From the human T2T-CHM13v2.0 reference genome, Homo sapiens, in assembly GCF_009914755.1 (NCBI RefSeq), contig NC_060948.1: a DNA stretch of 64,000 nt, one strand, 5' to 3'. Position 1 is the stretch's first letter, and each line of letters opens with the position of its first letter. The notes beneath the pieces were generated by a model. That model ran no database searches. It was not told the origin of the DNA and worked only from the letters and a program-made list of their open reading frames with translations. Both the position numbers and the translations under genes were made by a program. Of the stretch, positions 45,526-61,099 are shown one piece after another.

Positions 45526-47429
45526 TGATAAAATCCCAACCATTCTAGATTATTCCTATTTGTACGAACTTATTACTAAACCATGACTTACAACAACCAT
45601 TGTCAAAACTTTCAAGAAAAAATTAACATGAGTACCTCCCAAGGCAAAACACTTACTTTCCACTATTTAAACTAGGAACATTTAATTTCATTATGCTATG
45701 CACTTGAGAAACAGCTGGTTCAATTTTGATTTATGTTAAAAAAAGAGTTTTTCATTACAATTATCCCCCTTCAGTCACAGAATGCTTCAAATAGAATGTT
45801 TCAGATGTCTTAAACTTTAGTATTGACCATATTTAATTATTTCTTTGACTTGTACTATTCCTCTAAAAGATAAATGTTGTATGGTGAGGCAGACAGTTTT
45901 GTAGTCTTTCTGAACACTACTCAAACATTTTAAGCTTGTAAGTTTTTAAGGAGAAACAGCCTAATTAGAAAACTTGTGCAGCTTGTAAGGGAGATGTAAC
46001 ATATGCCTAATTTTGTATCTACTTATGTTCAAAGAAACAAAGGAAAATGTTCAACAAACAACACAATTTACTTTCCTATTGAATTTGCTTTTAAACATAG
46101 GTAGCTAAGCAATAACATCAGGCATTTTGCATCACATGTAAAATTTTATTTTGAAAATTTTAATGTCGATATTACATCTAAACAGATAGTTTTCAAATAG
46201 CATTAGCAAGTATTAAATTACTTTGAAAAAATTCATTTTCCTTTGAATACCTCAAAAAATTCATGGAGCAAGTTAGTATCTACCTATCTCCACAAAACCA
46301 ACATTTTTCTTTAAGTGGTACACAGGTAACAATGCAGAAATAACATTTCAATTTTCAATTTGCAAACAAGATTTGGTATGCAATACCTATTATTTTGAAT
46401 ATTTGCTTTAATACCTGCTTCGGTCTCCTTTTTCAGATCGACTTTCCCCATCATCTCCTGTAGATGCCACATATCTTGAGCTACCATATGCTTCACGAGG
46501 AGCAGGGTGCACCCTATCCAGAGAAGGTGGATTCCTTTGGTCTTTTCTGCCAATGTGCTCACGACCACAGGAATAAAAATCACCACAGCTCCTTGAGTAA
46601 CTCTCACGACTTCTGCCATATCTATCTCATGTATTGTTAGACATGTTAAAATCAAAATCATGGTAGCTGCTTCCACCATAAGACATCTGAGGCCTTTGTG
46701 CAGGTGGTGCACCATGAGAGGTCCCGGAATGGTTGATAAAATAATACACTGGATTACATTTAAACACTTTGACTGCTATCACTAAAGCATGAATTAGTTA
46801 AAGTACTATTTGGAAATATCTACTTTCCTCTCCTTTTTTTGACAGAATATTAATTATGCCTGCAACAGTCACAATGTTTTATTTGAAAGAATTGTAAGAG
46901 TAGTTTTTGAAGCTTAACAAATTTCATTCTAAAGTCAATGTTGAGTCACATTTTCTGAATGTGAACTGAAGTTCTCACCTTCATACTGTTCCCTATGCTT
47001 TATACTGTTAAGAATACTCAATATTTAAACATGTTATATTTGTCCTTTATAATTTTCCTTAGAATTTCATTAAAATAATTATCTGGTCTATAAATATTAT
47101 TCTATAATTTACAAATCCATGCTGGACTCTTACCATATCTCTGAAATGCATCCTGTAAGAACTTCCACCTTGGTGTTCAGAATGATCTCTACCACAAGCC
47201 TCACCATAGCCATCATAAAAAAAAAGTTTTCTTAATGTCGGAATGAACCATTTAAGAAATCTATCTGATAAATCCAGAAAATGTTATAGTACCTATATCC
47301 TCTAGAGTAATGTTCATCCCAACTAGAATGACCATAATCACAGTATGTATAGCCTCTAGGTGGTGGAGCATAATCCCTGGTTTCTGGGGAAATTCACTGA
47401 TTTCTGTGTGCATAAGTTTAAGCAACAAA

Positions 47430-48240
47430 TTTAAAATTTTCAACTTCTAGTATCCAAAACATAACTAACTTAAAACTTAAAAAAATTAAAGGGCCAAACA
47501 TCTAAATAGATATTTCTCCAATAAAATAGGCCAATGCCCAAAAAGCTCATGCAACAGGTACTCATAATCAGTGATTCAGAAAATGCATTTCAAATCCATA
47601 ATGAGGTACCATACTTCACATACACACTGGAATAGAAATACATTTTAAAGAGCTGGAAATAACAAGTGTTTGAGAGGATGTAGATAAATCAGAACCCTGA
47701 TACAATGCTAGTTGGAATGGAAAATGAAGCAGCTACCATGGAGAAATGTGGTGGTTCCTTAAGGAAATATAATTACCATAGGACCAAGGAATTCCACTCT
47801 TACATACACAAAGAATTGAATAAGTGTGCTCAAGCAAATATTGGTGCAAAGAAATACTGTGGTGGAAACAACCCAAATAAAATAATAGGTTAACAGGTTG
47901 TGGGAGGAGTGAAGTGCTACCATGTAAATGAACCTTCAGGATGTCAAGCTAAAGGAAAGGAGACAGATACAAAAAGTCATGTATTGTTTGAGCCCATTAA
48001 CACTAAATGCCCACAACAGGTAAGTTCAGAGGCAGAACACTGATTGGTGTTTGATAGCAGCTGAGGGAAGGGAGAGAATGAAAGGGACTGCTTAACTGGT
48101 AGTTGGAGTTTTAGTTTGGAGGAATGAAAATGTTTTGAAACTCAATGGAGGTAGTGCACAACACAGAATGTATTTAACGCCACTTAACTGTTTATCTTAT
48201 AATTTTAATTTTGTTATGTGGATTTCATCACTACAACAAA
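47430..48240 (+). mobile_element. Old L1M 3' fragment in an RBMY intron
   Basis: aaatgcatttcaaatccataatgaggtacca...aacaagtgtttgagaggatgtag...gaaaatgttttgaaact. Confidence 0.75.
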
Positions 48241-49330
48241 AAAATCAACTATTTTTTTTCCTTTTTCCTTTACCTATCCTTACTAGCATAACTATCATTT
48301 CTTGGTGACCTATGGTCATTTCTCCAAGAAGAGATGGGCTCTCTGAGTGGAGGACCTGTATAATTCTCTCTTCCACATGATATGGGCCTTTTAATATTAA
48401 AATAATGGAACATTATGTAATGAACACCAAATCTGAAAGACTATTTTTTCTCCTCTCAAACAACTTTTAAAATTATTTCTTCTATGACTTCATTATTTGT
48501 TCCCAAAATTACTAGACAGTCACGACACTGTGAATATTTCTTATGGCTTTGGATAAGCCCACAAGGCCAGTTCTTCTAAAAAAGCTGAAACCAAATGTTA
48601 ATTCTTTGGTAAAAGTTCATTTGTAATAGTTAATAATTACTTAGTTATTATTTTCATTTTTATATAAATTACTGATGACTACTAATGACACAGGGAAAAC
48701 ATATAAAACCATCAAATTCTTCACTGATTTTAAAGTTTACATACATTGTCCTTTCTCAGCTGAAGAAGGTGAATTTTCCCATGCTGTTCAATCCATCTCA
48801 CACATACAAATACTGTTACCTTTGAATGACTGCATGCTAAATTTTTACATAAAAGTTCCCCTTTATATCTAAGTGGTTGGCTGTATATTAAATGTTGACA
48901 AATTAAAATGTACTACTGAAGATTTTCTAATGATGGCCAAGATTTACTTTTACTGCAATAAGCAATACTTTTAAAGGGGTCATTACAACATTGTTGCTAT
49001 TTCAAAATAGAAAAGGTTCTCTTTTAATACTCTCTTCACATGCTATTCCTTAGAGGTCAGTCTTTCATCTATGATATGTTCACTGGCTAATTTTCCATGA
49101 AAATGTATTTTCTTGTGCATCCTGCAGTCAATAAATATCTAACTTCACCAATACTCCACATATGAAATATAAAATTGAAAATGTCAATTTTCAATTTCCT
49201 CCATATGAGGATAGAGGACTAAGTAAGAATTTAAATTTGTTCTGCTTAAACTTCTTTGCTAAGAACTTTTATTTATTGTCTTGCTTTCTTCTGTATAGTC
49301 TGCAATCTTACAATTCTCCTTCTCAAAAAT

Positions 49331-52198
49331 GAGAAGAATCAAATAGACGCAATAAAAAATGATAAAGGGGATATCACCACCAATCCTACAGAAATAGAAA
49401 CTACCATCAGAGAATACTATAAACACCTCTATGCGAATAAACTAGAAAATCTAGAAGAAATGGATAAACTCCTCGACACATACACCCTCCCAAGAGTAAA
49501 CCAGGAAGATATTGAATCTCTGAATAGGCCAATAACAAGCTCTGAAATTGAGGCAATAATTAATAGCTTAAAAACCAAAAAAATGCCAGGACCTGATGGA
49601 TTCACAGCTGAATTCTACCAGAGATACAAGGAAGAGCTGGTACCATTCCTTTTGAAATTACTCCAATCAATAGAAAAAGAGGGAACCCTCCCTAACTCAT
49701 TTTATAAGGGCAGCATCATCCTGATACCAAAGCCTGGCAGAGAAACAACAAAAAAGAGAATTTTAGACCACTATCCCTGATGAGCATCGATGTAAAAATC
49801 CTCAATAAAATATGGGCAAACTGATTCCAGCAGCACATCAAAAAGCTTATCCCCCATGATCAAGTGGACTTCATCCATGGGATGCAAGGCTGGTTCAACA
49901 TACGCAAATCAATAAACATGATCCAGCATGTAAACAGAACCAATGAAAAAACCACATGATTATCTCAATAGATGCCGAAAAGGGCTTTGACAAAATTCAA
50001 CAGCCCTTCATGCTAAAAACTCTCAATAAATTAGGTATTGATGGGATGTATCTCAAAATAATAAGAGCTATCTATGACAAACCCACAGCCAATATCATAC
50101 TGAATGGGCAAAAACTGGAAACATTCCCTTTGAAAACTGGCATGAGACAGGGATGCCCTCTCTCACCACTCCTATTCAACATAGTGTTGGAAGTTCTGGC
50201 CAGGGCAATCAGGCAGAAGAAGGAAACAAAGGGTATTCATTTAGGAAAAGAAGAAGTCAAATTGTCGCTGTTTGCAAATTACATGATTGTATGTCTAGAA
50301 AACCCCATCATCTCAGCCCAACATCACCTTAAGCTGATAGATAACTTCAGCAAAGTCTCAGGATGCAAAATCAATGTGCAAAAATCACAAGCATTCTTAT
50401 GCACTAATAACAGACAAACAGAGAGCCAAATCATGAGTGAATTTCCATTCACGATTGCTTCAAAGAGAATAAAATACCTAGGAATCCAACTTACAAGGGA
50501 CGTGGAGGACCTCTTCAAGGAGAACTGCAAATGAAATAAAAGGGGACACAAACAAATGGAAGAACATTCCATACTCATTGGTAGGAGGAATCAATATCAT
50601 GAAAATGGCCATACTGCCCAAGGTAATTTATAGATTCAATGCCATCCCCATCAAACTACCAATAACTTTCTTCACAGAATTGGAAAAAACTACTTTAAAT
50701 TTTATACGGAACCAAAAAAGAGACCACATTGCTAAGTCAATCCTAAGCCAAAAGAACAAAGCTGGAGGCATCACGCTATCTGACTTCAAACTATACTACA
50801 AGGCTACAGTAACCAAAACAGGATGGTACTGGTACCAAAACAGAGATATAGATCAATGGAACAGAACAGAGCCCTCAGAAATAATGCCACGTATCTACAA
50901 CCATCTGATCTTTGACAAACCTGACAAAACAAGCAATGGGGAAAGGATTCCCTATTTAATAAATGGTGCTGGGAAAACTGGCTAGCCACATGTAGAAAGC
51001 TGCAATTGGATCCCTTCCTTACACCTCATACAAAAATTAATTCAAGATGGATTAAAGACTTAAATGTTAGACCTGAAACCATAAAGACCCTGGAAGAAAA
51101 CCTAGACAATACCATTCAGGACATAGACATGGGCAAGGACTTCATGTCTAAGACACCAAAAATGATGGCAACAAAAGCTAAAATTGACAAATGGGATCTA
51201 ATTAAACTAAAGAGCTTCTGCACAGCAAAAGAAACTACCATCAGAATGGACAGGCAACCTAAAGAATGGGAGAAAATTTTTGCAATCTACTTACCTGACA
51301 AAGGGCTAATAACCAGAATCTACAATGAACTCAATCAAATTTACAAGAAAAAAACAAACAACCCCATCAAAAAGTGGGCGAATAATATGAACAGACACTT
51401 CTCAAAAGAACACATTTACGCAGGCAACAGACACATGAAAAAATGCTCATCACTGGCCATCAGAGAAATGCAAATCAAAACCACAATGAGATACCATCTC
51501 ACACCAGTTAGAATGGAGATCATTAAAAAGTCAGGAAACAACAGGTGCTGGAGAGGATGTGGAGAAATAGGAACACTTTTACACTGTTGGTGGGATTGTA
51601 AACTAGTTCAACCATTGTAGAAGTCAGTGTGGTGATTCCTCAGGGATCTAGAACTAGAAATACCATTTGTCCCAGCAATCCAATTACTGGGTATATACCC
51701 AAAGGATTATAAATCATGCTGCTATAAAGACACATGCACAGGTATATTTATTTTGTCACTATTCACAATAGCAAAGACTTGGAACCAAGCCAAATGTCCA
51801 ACAGTGATAGACCAGATTAAGAAAATGTGGCACATATACACCATAGAATACTATGCAGCCACAAAAAATGATGAGTTCATGTCCTTTGTAGGGACATGGA
51901 TGAAGCTGGAAACCATCATTCTCAGCAAACTATCACAAGTACAAAAAACCAAACACTGCATGTTCTCACTCATAGGTGGGAATTTAACAATGAGAACACA
52001 TGGTCACAGGAAGGGGAACATCACACACTGGGGCCTGTTGTGGGGAAGGATAGCATTAGGAGATATACCTAATGTTAAATGTTGAGTTAATGGGTGCAGC
52101 ACACCAACATGGCACATATATACATTTGTAACAAACCTGCACATTGTGCACATGTACCCTAAAACTTAAAGTATAATATAACAAAATTTAAAAAAAAT
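49331..52198 (+). mobile_element. 5'-truncated L1PA (~2.9 kb of ORF2 plus 3'UTR), antisense in an RBMY intron
   Basis: ORF2 peptides [27 protein letters not shown] and [18 protein letters not shown]; RT motif FADD degraded to FANY; 3' end gtaccctaaaacttaaagtataat. Confidence 0.96.
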
Positions 52199-52548
52199 TA
52201 CTTCTATTCAATCCTACTGCTCACCTCAAGTTGCTTAGTTCTAAATTCTCTGCTCAAATAATTTCAAATCTTACACTAGGGATCTTGTGTTAACATTTAA
52301 ACATCCCTGTACCATCTTAATAATTGATTTATATCCATTTATATTTCACAACTCTGCACTTTTGTGATATCCACTTAAGAAAATTGGATGGCTTCATGTC
52401 TAGATTTCAAGTCTTAAATTTATTTTTAAATAATATTTAAGCCCAATGCCTCCTTTTCTGCTAAATATTCTTGTATTTCTTTTGAATTCTCATATAAGCA
52501 GTAAGAGTGCCTTGCACGTAAGCATTATTGAGGTCTCAGAAGCTGGAT

Positions 52549-52835
52549 GGCCAGGCTCAGCAGTTCACACTGTGAGCCAGTGTGGAAGGCTGAGGCAGAT
52601 GGACTGCTGGAGCCCTGGGTCTTAATGTTAGTTTTGACAATGTAGTAAGATTCTCTCCCAACAAAAATATAGGAAAATAATTTAGCTATGTGTGTTGGTG
52701 CATGCCTGTAGTTGCAGCAACTCAGGAGGCTGAAACAGGATAACTGCTTGAACCCAGGAATTTGAGGCTCTAGTAAGCCATATTCTCACCAATGCACTTT
52801 GACCTGTAAGAGCAAGACTCCAACCCATCAAAGAA
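52549..52835 (+). mobile_element. AluJ-like, highly diverged
   Basis: Degenerate Alu dimer. Confidence 0.8.
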
Positions 52836-54268
52836 ACTGAACAAGTACGTTTAGATTGGCACACCGGGGACCACTACCAGGAGACCTAGGAAATGGAATA
52901 ATTCATTAGATGAGGAAGCATACCATGAAAAAATACTGCTAGGAACTTACAGAAAAATTAGGGGGAATTCTCTAGCAAACACAAGAATATAAGGAATGTT
53001 GGCCTCACTCTAGTCACTTCTTTGATCTGCAATGAGAAGCTCGAGTATTTCTTAACCTGAAGAAATACAGAAATGTATCTAGGGTGAAAGAAACTATAAG
53101 AAAAGCTATCAACCAGTAATTATGCCTGTGTTTGTGTCACTTCTATTTTATTCGATGAACTTAAAACTAAGCCTCCAGTTAAAATAGCTCATTTTCAGTC
53201 CTACAAAATCTATGGTCTTTCTATCAGGTAGCATTTGTCTTGGCCTCCCATACAACTATTGCTTCTTACGACAGCAGAAGAGATTTTCTAGGAGGAGGAC
53301 CTCCACTTCCTAAAGATGGACCTCTTTTAACTGGAAAGGTTTCCCTATAAGAATTCATATTGAGATCAAGCATGTAATTTGATCTCATCTGTATTTCAAA
53401 CAAAATATTTTAGTTAACTAACATCACTGTTTCTTAAATGGCTAAGTTTCAGTTGTTTATAAAGTTTTCTGCCCATTATAATCTTACAAATTCACATTTC
53501 TCTAAACTAATAAAATTAACATTTCTATATGAAGTTAGTACAATTCAAGTAATAAGAATCCTTCTAGAAAATCTAGAAAGAAACTCAAGAATCATAATAT
53601 GTTGCTGTGAAAGGGAGATGTGGGAAAAGTGGGGAGTAAACGGGGAGCAGAAATCTATCAGTAAAATATCTAAGTATAATATACATAAAGAAAAAATTTT
53701 AAAAGAAAAATGATAAATGAGAGTTTATATCATTCTGTTAGGAAAAATTTTCCAAGCATATCGTAAAGATAAACTAAATTCCATTTAAAGAAACTCAAAT
53801 ATTTACAATATCAAAAAGTGACACATCAGGAAAATAGATGATATCTAAAATTTGTTAACATAACATAGAAGTCTTAAAATTCACTTGTGAAACACTAATT
53901 TTCAGATTAGACTATGCTAAATTTTCATAATCTTTAAGAATTGCATATTAAATCCTATAAAATATATCTTTATATATCTACAAAAAATGTAGATATATGC
54001 CAATTGCCAGGTGGTGTTATAGGTTAGAATATGAAAATTCTCACACATGGCAGAGTATTATTGAATGTCACCCTCAAGATCAATGGAGACAAAATAACCA
54101 TGAAGCTATGCATCTGAAAATTGAGCAAACACTGCAGTTTCAACTTAAAAAAAAACTTCACTTAATTACACATCTGGTTATTAAAATTTGAAATTAAATG
54201 ATAGATTTTTGATGGTTGGTTAATAGATAATACAAGTTAACCAATAAGTTTATTTATGTATTTATTGA

Positions 54269-54578
<310 letters not shown>

Positions 54579-56588
54579 ATCCAATAGTTTTTTTCTTTTT
54601 TCTTTTTAGATACACGGTTAGTTTTTCTTTCTTATGTAAAAATTGACCCCTCATTTCCATTGTGTAAATCACTCATAAATATCATTTTCTGTGACTCATC
54701 CTCCAGCAAAGAAAGATACATACATATCTGTGAAGCAATGGTTTTTTACCTTTCCAGAGTCACAGACTGTTTTCAGAAATTAAAGATCTGCATTTTTTAA
54801 ATTGAAAATGCTTTATGGCAGGCCAATGTACAAACTCTCCATATTAAAATCGCAAAGCAATAGATTTGCACAGATGTTTGCACATGTATACACAAAAAAA
54901 CAAATATTGCAAAATCAATCTTAAGTACTGAGTTACTTTTTTCCTTTTGGAAAGTTTTAAATATTCCATCGTACTTTGATAATACAAATGATACGAAGTT
55001 CCAGGCCCCAAAGTAGAAAACTCTAATGTATAATGAATATAAATGAGTTCTTCAGAAAACCTGTTGAGTACAGGCAATCAGCATTCATAAACTCAATTTA
55101 GTTTGAAATGTGTGTTACTTCAATGCAAACTTATTACAATTTTAAAACAAATTTTAGATATTAGTCCAATCATTCTTATAATACACCTTTAATACTTAGA
55201 AATAATTTTGGTGATTATCAATAAGTTAATTTTCTGTTCATAAAGGAAATAAATAAAATTGGGAAATTTTGATATCTTCAAGTGTATTTTCTTTCAGTCC
55301 TATGGTTCTATCTTTATATTTTAAAACATTACCCAGGTGTCCTTCATGTGAGGGAAGCCACCCTCCTGTTCCTCCACTGCTTCCTCTTGCAGATCTCAGA
55401 CTTCCTGAAGGGCTTCTGTTTCTCAAAGAAGCTGGTGGTCTTCACCTACCACCACTTTGAAAAGATGGTTTCTTGGCTTGTTCTACTTTTATTGCTTTTC
55501 CATCCAAAGACTAGAAGTATTAAGGGTACTATCAATAACATTGACACATTTAATCTAAGCACATTTTACAAATATTTTTACGTCGACTATAGTTCAATTC
55601 AAGATATTTTCTCCCAAAGAAAACTTTTTTTTTTCTCCTAAAATGAACACGTCTTTCCCAATGCCAAATTTGAGACATTGACTGAGTACATGCCTTCCAT
55701 TAAGGGACCAATCACAAATTATATTATTCAAATTCCTTGAAAACTCCTGGATTATTAAAAAGAATAACACCTCAGACAAAAAAGATTAACCCATCACACA
55801 TTCCATAGAACAATGTGGCATATCTGTTTTTTACAATATATAATCCACTTCTTTGTATTCACATCACTGATATAAAAGTTTCAGTGTCCCAAAGGTGTAT
55901 GATAGGATGTGTCATTTAAAAAAAAATAAGGTTACTTACTCACAGTGATTAGTCACATTAGTGATTATGAGTAATTTCCTCTTTGATCTGCTAACACTTA
56001 CATAAAGTGTCCCTATATGATTTACAATTCTATACTTACTGTAAAAATGTCTCTGTAATTGTGATACTTGTTTGATCTCATCAAGGTTTCTTGCCTTATT
56101 CATTTCTTATTTTGCCTTAGACATGTCCCTAAAAATGACTCTTAATATAGTACTTCATAAAATTTCTCAGAAATGCTTAAATGTCCTAATTAATTTCGCA
56201 ATAACATTTTTCAGTGTAATCTTTTCTACAGGCCAAAGTAATTTTTGAAAACAGTTCAGTTAATAACTCAATTTAAAAATTATATGGCTTTTGTTATTTA
56301 GGGGAAGATCTTAAACCCCTCACAAGACCCCTTGCAGCCACATCGCCAATTGTTCCTACCTTGAAACTTCTTTTGTTATTTCTGGTCCCAAAATATTTTC
56401 CCCAGATTTGTGCATGGCTGCTTCCTTCTCAGTGTTCGGAAGTCAGCCAAATTCCTTAAACTGTTCATTCTCCCTGAAAACTCCAAGAACCCCCTTTATT
56501 GGCTGTCTTAACATTTATGTGCATATAACAATCATATTTATTTTTACACAGTAAAATATGTGAGATGAGGTAATTTAGAAATAACATT

Positions 56589-56927
<339 letters not shown>

Positions 56928-57351
56928 CTAGGGGGAAAAAGAAGTTATCCTTGATTACTAAACATAAGTCAAAATTATCTCCATACCTACCACAAAGCCA
57001 TGAATCAAAAGCTACTCTCGCTTTCTATCACAGCTTAAAATACTAATTCATAAGAGTGAATAAAAATATACTTTCTGCTATGTGCCAGGAAGTGTGATAG
57101 ATGTAACAGAAATAAAAACAACTAGGAAGACTTAAATATGCACTATAGACAATTTCACAATCAATAGATTAATACATGGTACAGTGAGTATATTATATAC
57201 CGACGATATTCAATGAGGAAGAAAATATGAAATCTAAGTTGTTCTTCAAGCATAAATTGTTATTTGTGAGACATACACGGGGAAGGATAATTCTCAAAAA
57301 GCATTTTGGAGATAGTGTAAAGAGTAACAGGAGCTACAGATTGGGATAATG

Positions 57352-57656
57352 TTATTTATTATTTTTTATTTATTTTTTGTTTGAGATGGAGTCTCTGTCA
57401 CCAGCCTGGAGTGCAATGGCATGATCTCGGCTCACTACAACTTCTGCCTCCTGGGTTCAAATGATTCCCCTGCCTCAGCCTACCCAAATAGCTGTAACTA
57501 CAGACACACACCACCATAGCTGACTAATCATTTGTATTTTAGTAGAGATGGGGTTTCACCATGTTGGCTAGGATGGTTTTGATCTCCTGACCTCATGATC
57601 TGCTCACCTTCACCTCCCAGTGCTGGGATTACAAGCATGAGCCACCACATCCAGCC
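57352..57656 (-). mobile_element. Alu
   Basis: Reverse Alu dimer. Confidence 0.92.
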
Positions 57657-59480
57657 GGATTGTGATAATGTTGTAAAGCAAAAAAGCTCTAAAGGGCCCA
57701 GAATGGAATGATCTTGACTACAATGTAAAGGAATTCAGTAGTTAATAGAATTACATGAAAGTTTAAAGCTTTAATAAACACACAATCCCTAGATTTAAGA
57801 ATCAGTAGCACAAGAGACAATTGATTGGGTCAAAACAAGTCCTCAAGTACACTGAGAAAATGAGTAATTAGGTATTCATGTTACATAAATCACTCTGGTG
57901 ACAGGAAAAAAAAAAAGTCCTTAGGAGAAAAGAGCAAGTATGGGGCAAAAATGCCAGCCAGTTATTTCTTCTGTTATCCAACTTCAATTGTTCTTATATT
58001 ATTTTCTATTTTCAAGTACTTAATACTTCCTTAAATGTAAAGGTCTTATTTAAATATACTTCCCCAAGAATATATTTTCAGAAAATGATAGAGAATCTTT
58101 CCTTCTTCTGAATCTGTCTAGATGTCCATCCACTGTTTGTATATGCTATAGAAGTAATTCCAAGAATTGGAAGTTAATTCCTTTAATAGCATTTAATAAT
58201 TGTTGAATTAATGCTTTCATTTACATGAGGGTTCCTGCTAGGTTTTAAAGCTCTTCAAAACCTTTGAAAATCTATTTACACTCACAATGAAATAAAAACA
58301 TAGAAAAAGGTTACCATAGATTAATTTATATAATGTTAATTCCAATACTTATTAGACTATACTTAGATGTATACGGCACAAAGAAGAGAATGGCTAAAGC
58401 ATTTCGGTCCATATGGCATTCCAGTATCTTCAAAAGTTTAGTAATACTAAAAAGACCTAGAAATATTGTTAATTGAAAAACAGAGTATTATTAATAAGGG
58501 ACTCTTACCTTTCCATTCATATCTTTGGCAGCATTCTTAGCATCTGCAGGGTTCTCAGAAATAATAAATGCAAAGTCTCTGGACTTGCTCTTTGATCCTT
58601 TATCAAAATAAGTAAAATATATAAAAACATTTTACGTTTACATAATGGGCTCACCAAGGTACTAACTGAAACTTACATCAAACAAAAAAAAATGCATTTC
58701 ACATCACTACTATGATTCTTAATACTAAGTCACCCCTGTAGTCAGCCTATTTTATTTCAGTTTGTTTCCTAAATCCACAACACATTTACTTGTCCTCATT
58801 TTCCTTTCTAAGTAATAGGTGACCTAACCAGAGACCCTTAACCTGCTGCTATGAGAATTTTCCAAATATCAAATAGATAATTCAAAATAGGAGTTTAAAA
58901 ATGATATAGTATTTTAGTGTATGTATACACTGAACTATGAAAAAATATATATTTTTTCAAAAATATATTATACGTATTTTAAATACACATATTGAAATAT
59001 ACATATGGAAATACACACACAGCTGTAAGAGTTACTTTCCAATATGGTACCATGTTTCCCAAATACTGCTTTAAGCATCTTTTCATTGGTTTCTCTATTG
59101 AGGCCACCAATGAAAAGCTTGTTGGATGATCTGCTTCTACCATTGTGCTGTAAGTGGTAAAAAATTATCTATATTTAGATAAAAATAAGCTAAAGAGATA
59201 AAATTTTATTTCATACTGTGTTGAAAACTCAAGTAAAATTCCCTTCCAGAGGCTGACATCTTTTTAGTATTTCTTAATTTAAATATGCAAAATCTGTAAC
59301 ATACGGAGAAAAAGGGGCACTGACTTCATGGACAAATGCTACATTTTAATATGTACCTGAAAAAATCTTGTTTATAATAAAAATAATTTTCCTAAGCTGC
59401 AATATGAAGGATGCCACCATTTAAATAATTTTATTTGAAAACTATATATTTATGAGGTACAGTGTGATGTTTTACGTATC

Positions 59481-59746
59481 TTTTTTCTTCAGATGTTTAT
59501 CTCCTGTTGCCAAAGTGCGCTGCTCACTGCAGCCTTCTCCATCCAGCCTCAACTGATCCTGCAACGTCTAAGCTTTCTAAGTAGCTGAAACTACAGGTGC
59601 TTTCTACCAGACCTGGGCAATTTTTTTAAATACACACGGTTTTCCTCATATTGCCCAAGCTGGTCTCTAACTCCTGGGCTCAAGCAATCTGCCGGCCTGG
59701 GACTACCAAAGTGATGGGATTTCAAGGGTGAATCACCACACCCAGT
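59481..59746 (-). mobile_element. AluJ-like, diverged
   Basis: Reverse Alu motifs (ctcctgggctcaagcaatct). Confidence 0.8.
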
Positions 59747-59851
59747 GTGATATTTGAATGAAAGATTAAATCAAGCTAATTAAAATGTTCTTATGGGGAG
59801 AACATTTTAAATATTTTACCATCTTTAAGTGATTTGAAATGTATAATAGAT

Positions 59852-60232
59852 CAAGGATCCCCAAACCCTGGCCTTCAACCTGTACCTGTCTGTGGACTGA
59901 ATGTGATGCCTGAGAATGACCTGTAATACCTGTCTGTGGAGAATGTAACCCCTGAGGATGGCCTGAGGTGGTAAATCTTCATCCAGCAACCATCCTTGCT
60001 AGCTCTCCCCCCATCCCTGCTGCCCCACCCTGTTCCCATGGAAGCCTCGCTGCCCCACCTTCCCCCTGTCACACTGCTCCCACAGGAAGCCCCGCCCCAC
60101 CACGTGCCCTTCGGGTCCCAGACACCAGTCCCCACTCCCAAAAGTGTCCACCTCGCTGCCTTCTTCCCCTGGGCAACCCTTGTCTGAGGAAAAATTATCT
60201 TCCACTAAACCGGTCCCTGATGAGAAAATGGC
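59852..60232 (+). mobile_element. MER1-like hAT DNA transposon remnant with a C-rich internal expansion
   Basis: Ends caaggatccccaaaccctggcc and ggaaaaattatcttccactaaaccggtccctgatg resemble MER1 termini. Confidence 0.65.
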
Positions 60233-61099
60233 AATAGATTAAATGTTATCCAGGCTGGTCTCCAACTCCTGAACTCAAGCCATCCTCCTACCTCCACTTC
60301 CGAAAATGCTAGGATTAAAAGAGTAAGTCAGTGTGCCAGGTTAATAGAATAACTTAAGCGCATTTATTTTGTTTCCTTTATAGGCTATGTAACTCCATTT
60401 AATTCGATTACACCCGCTTATTCGGTTTAAATTATTCACGGAGCCACACATACATGAAACATGTTTCAAATACTGTCATACAAGGAAGGAGACAATTTCA
60501 GGCTTTACGGAGGCAAATTTATATTGAGATTATTTATGCCCCCAGACTTCTACATACAGTAAAGTATCTCAAAATTTGCTAATTCCTGCCAAGGAAATCA
60601 GACATGTGACATTTGCTGACTAAAACTACGAGTTTTTAATCTCAGTGGTTAAGTATATTGCCTATATTTTGAATGATGACCACATTCACAGAGAAAAACC
60701 GCTTTAAAAAAAAATGCACATGAGAACAATGGAGCCTCAGCACTATCTCCCACAATTTGCCCACATGTCGGACATGTCCGACAGTCAAAGGTACAATCCT
60801 CAAGAAAAATCAATGAATTTAACAAAAATTAGTTTCTTAAGAGGACTAAGGCGTCCTCTCCCCACTGTCTCCTCCAATATTTTAACATCCACACATAGAA
60901 AACCCATTCCGTTTTATAGACAAAATCCCAAAACTTCGCTTTTTATTCTTGCCGAGAGACCAACCTGTCCAGAGAAACAGAAAATAAACGTGAATTTCAG
61001 TAGCAGAAACAGCCTCAGGGTAGCTCCGCCCTCAGGTCCTATGCATCCAGCTTCCAGATCCCACAGGGCCAACTGCATGAAAGACCCTTGGAGCTGGCC

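Noticed and set aside
49256-52085. Series of reverse-transcriptase-like ORFs
   Set aside because: Dead L1 ORF2: frameshifts, catalytic FADD changed to FANY, no 5'UTR or ORF1
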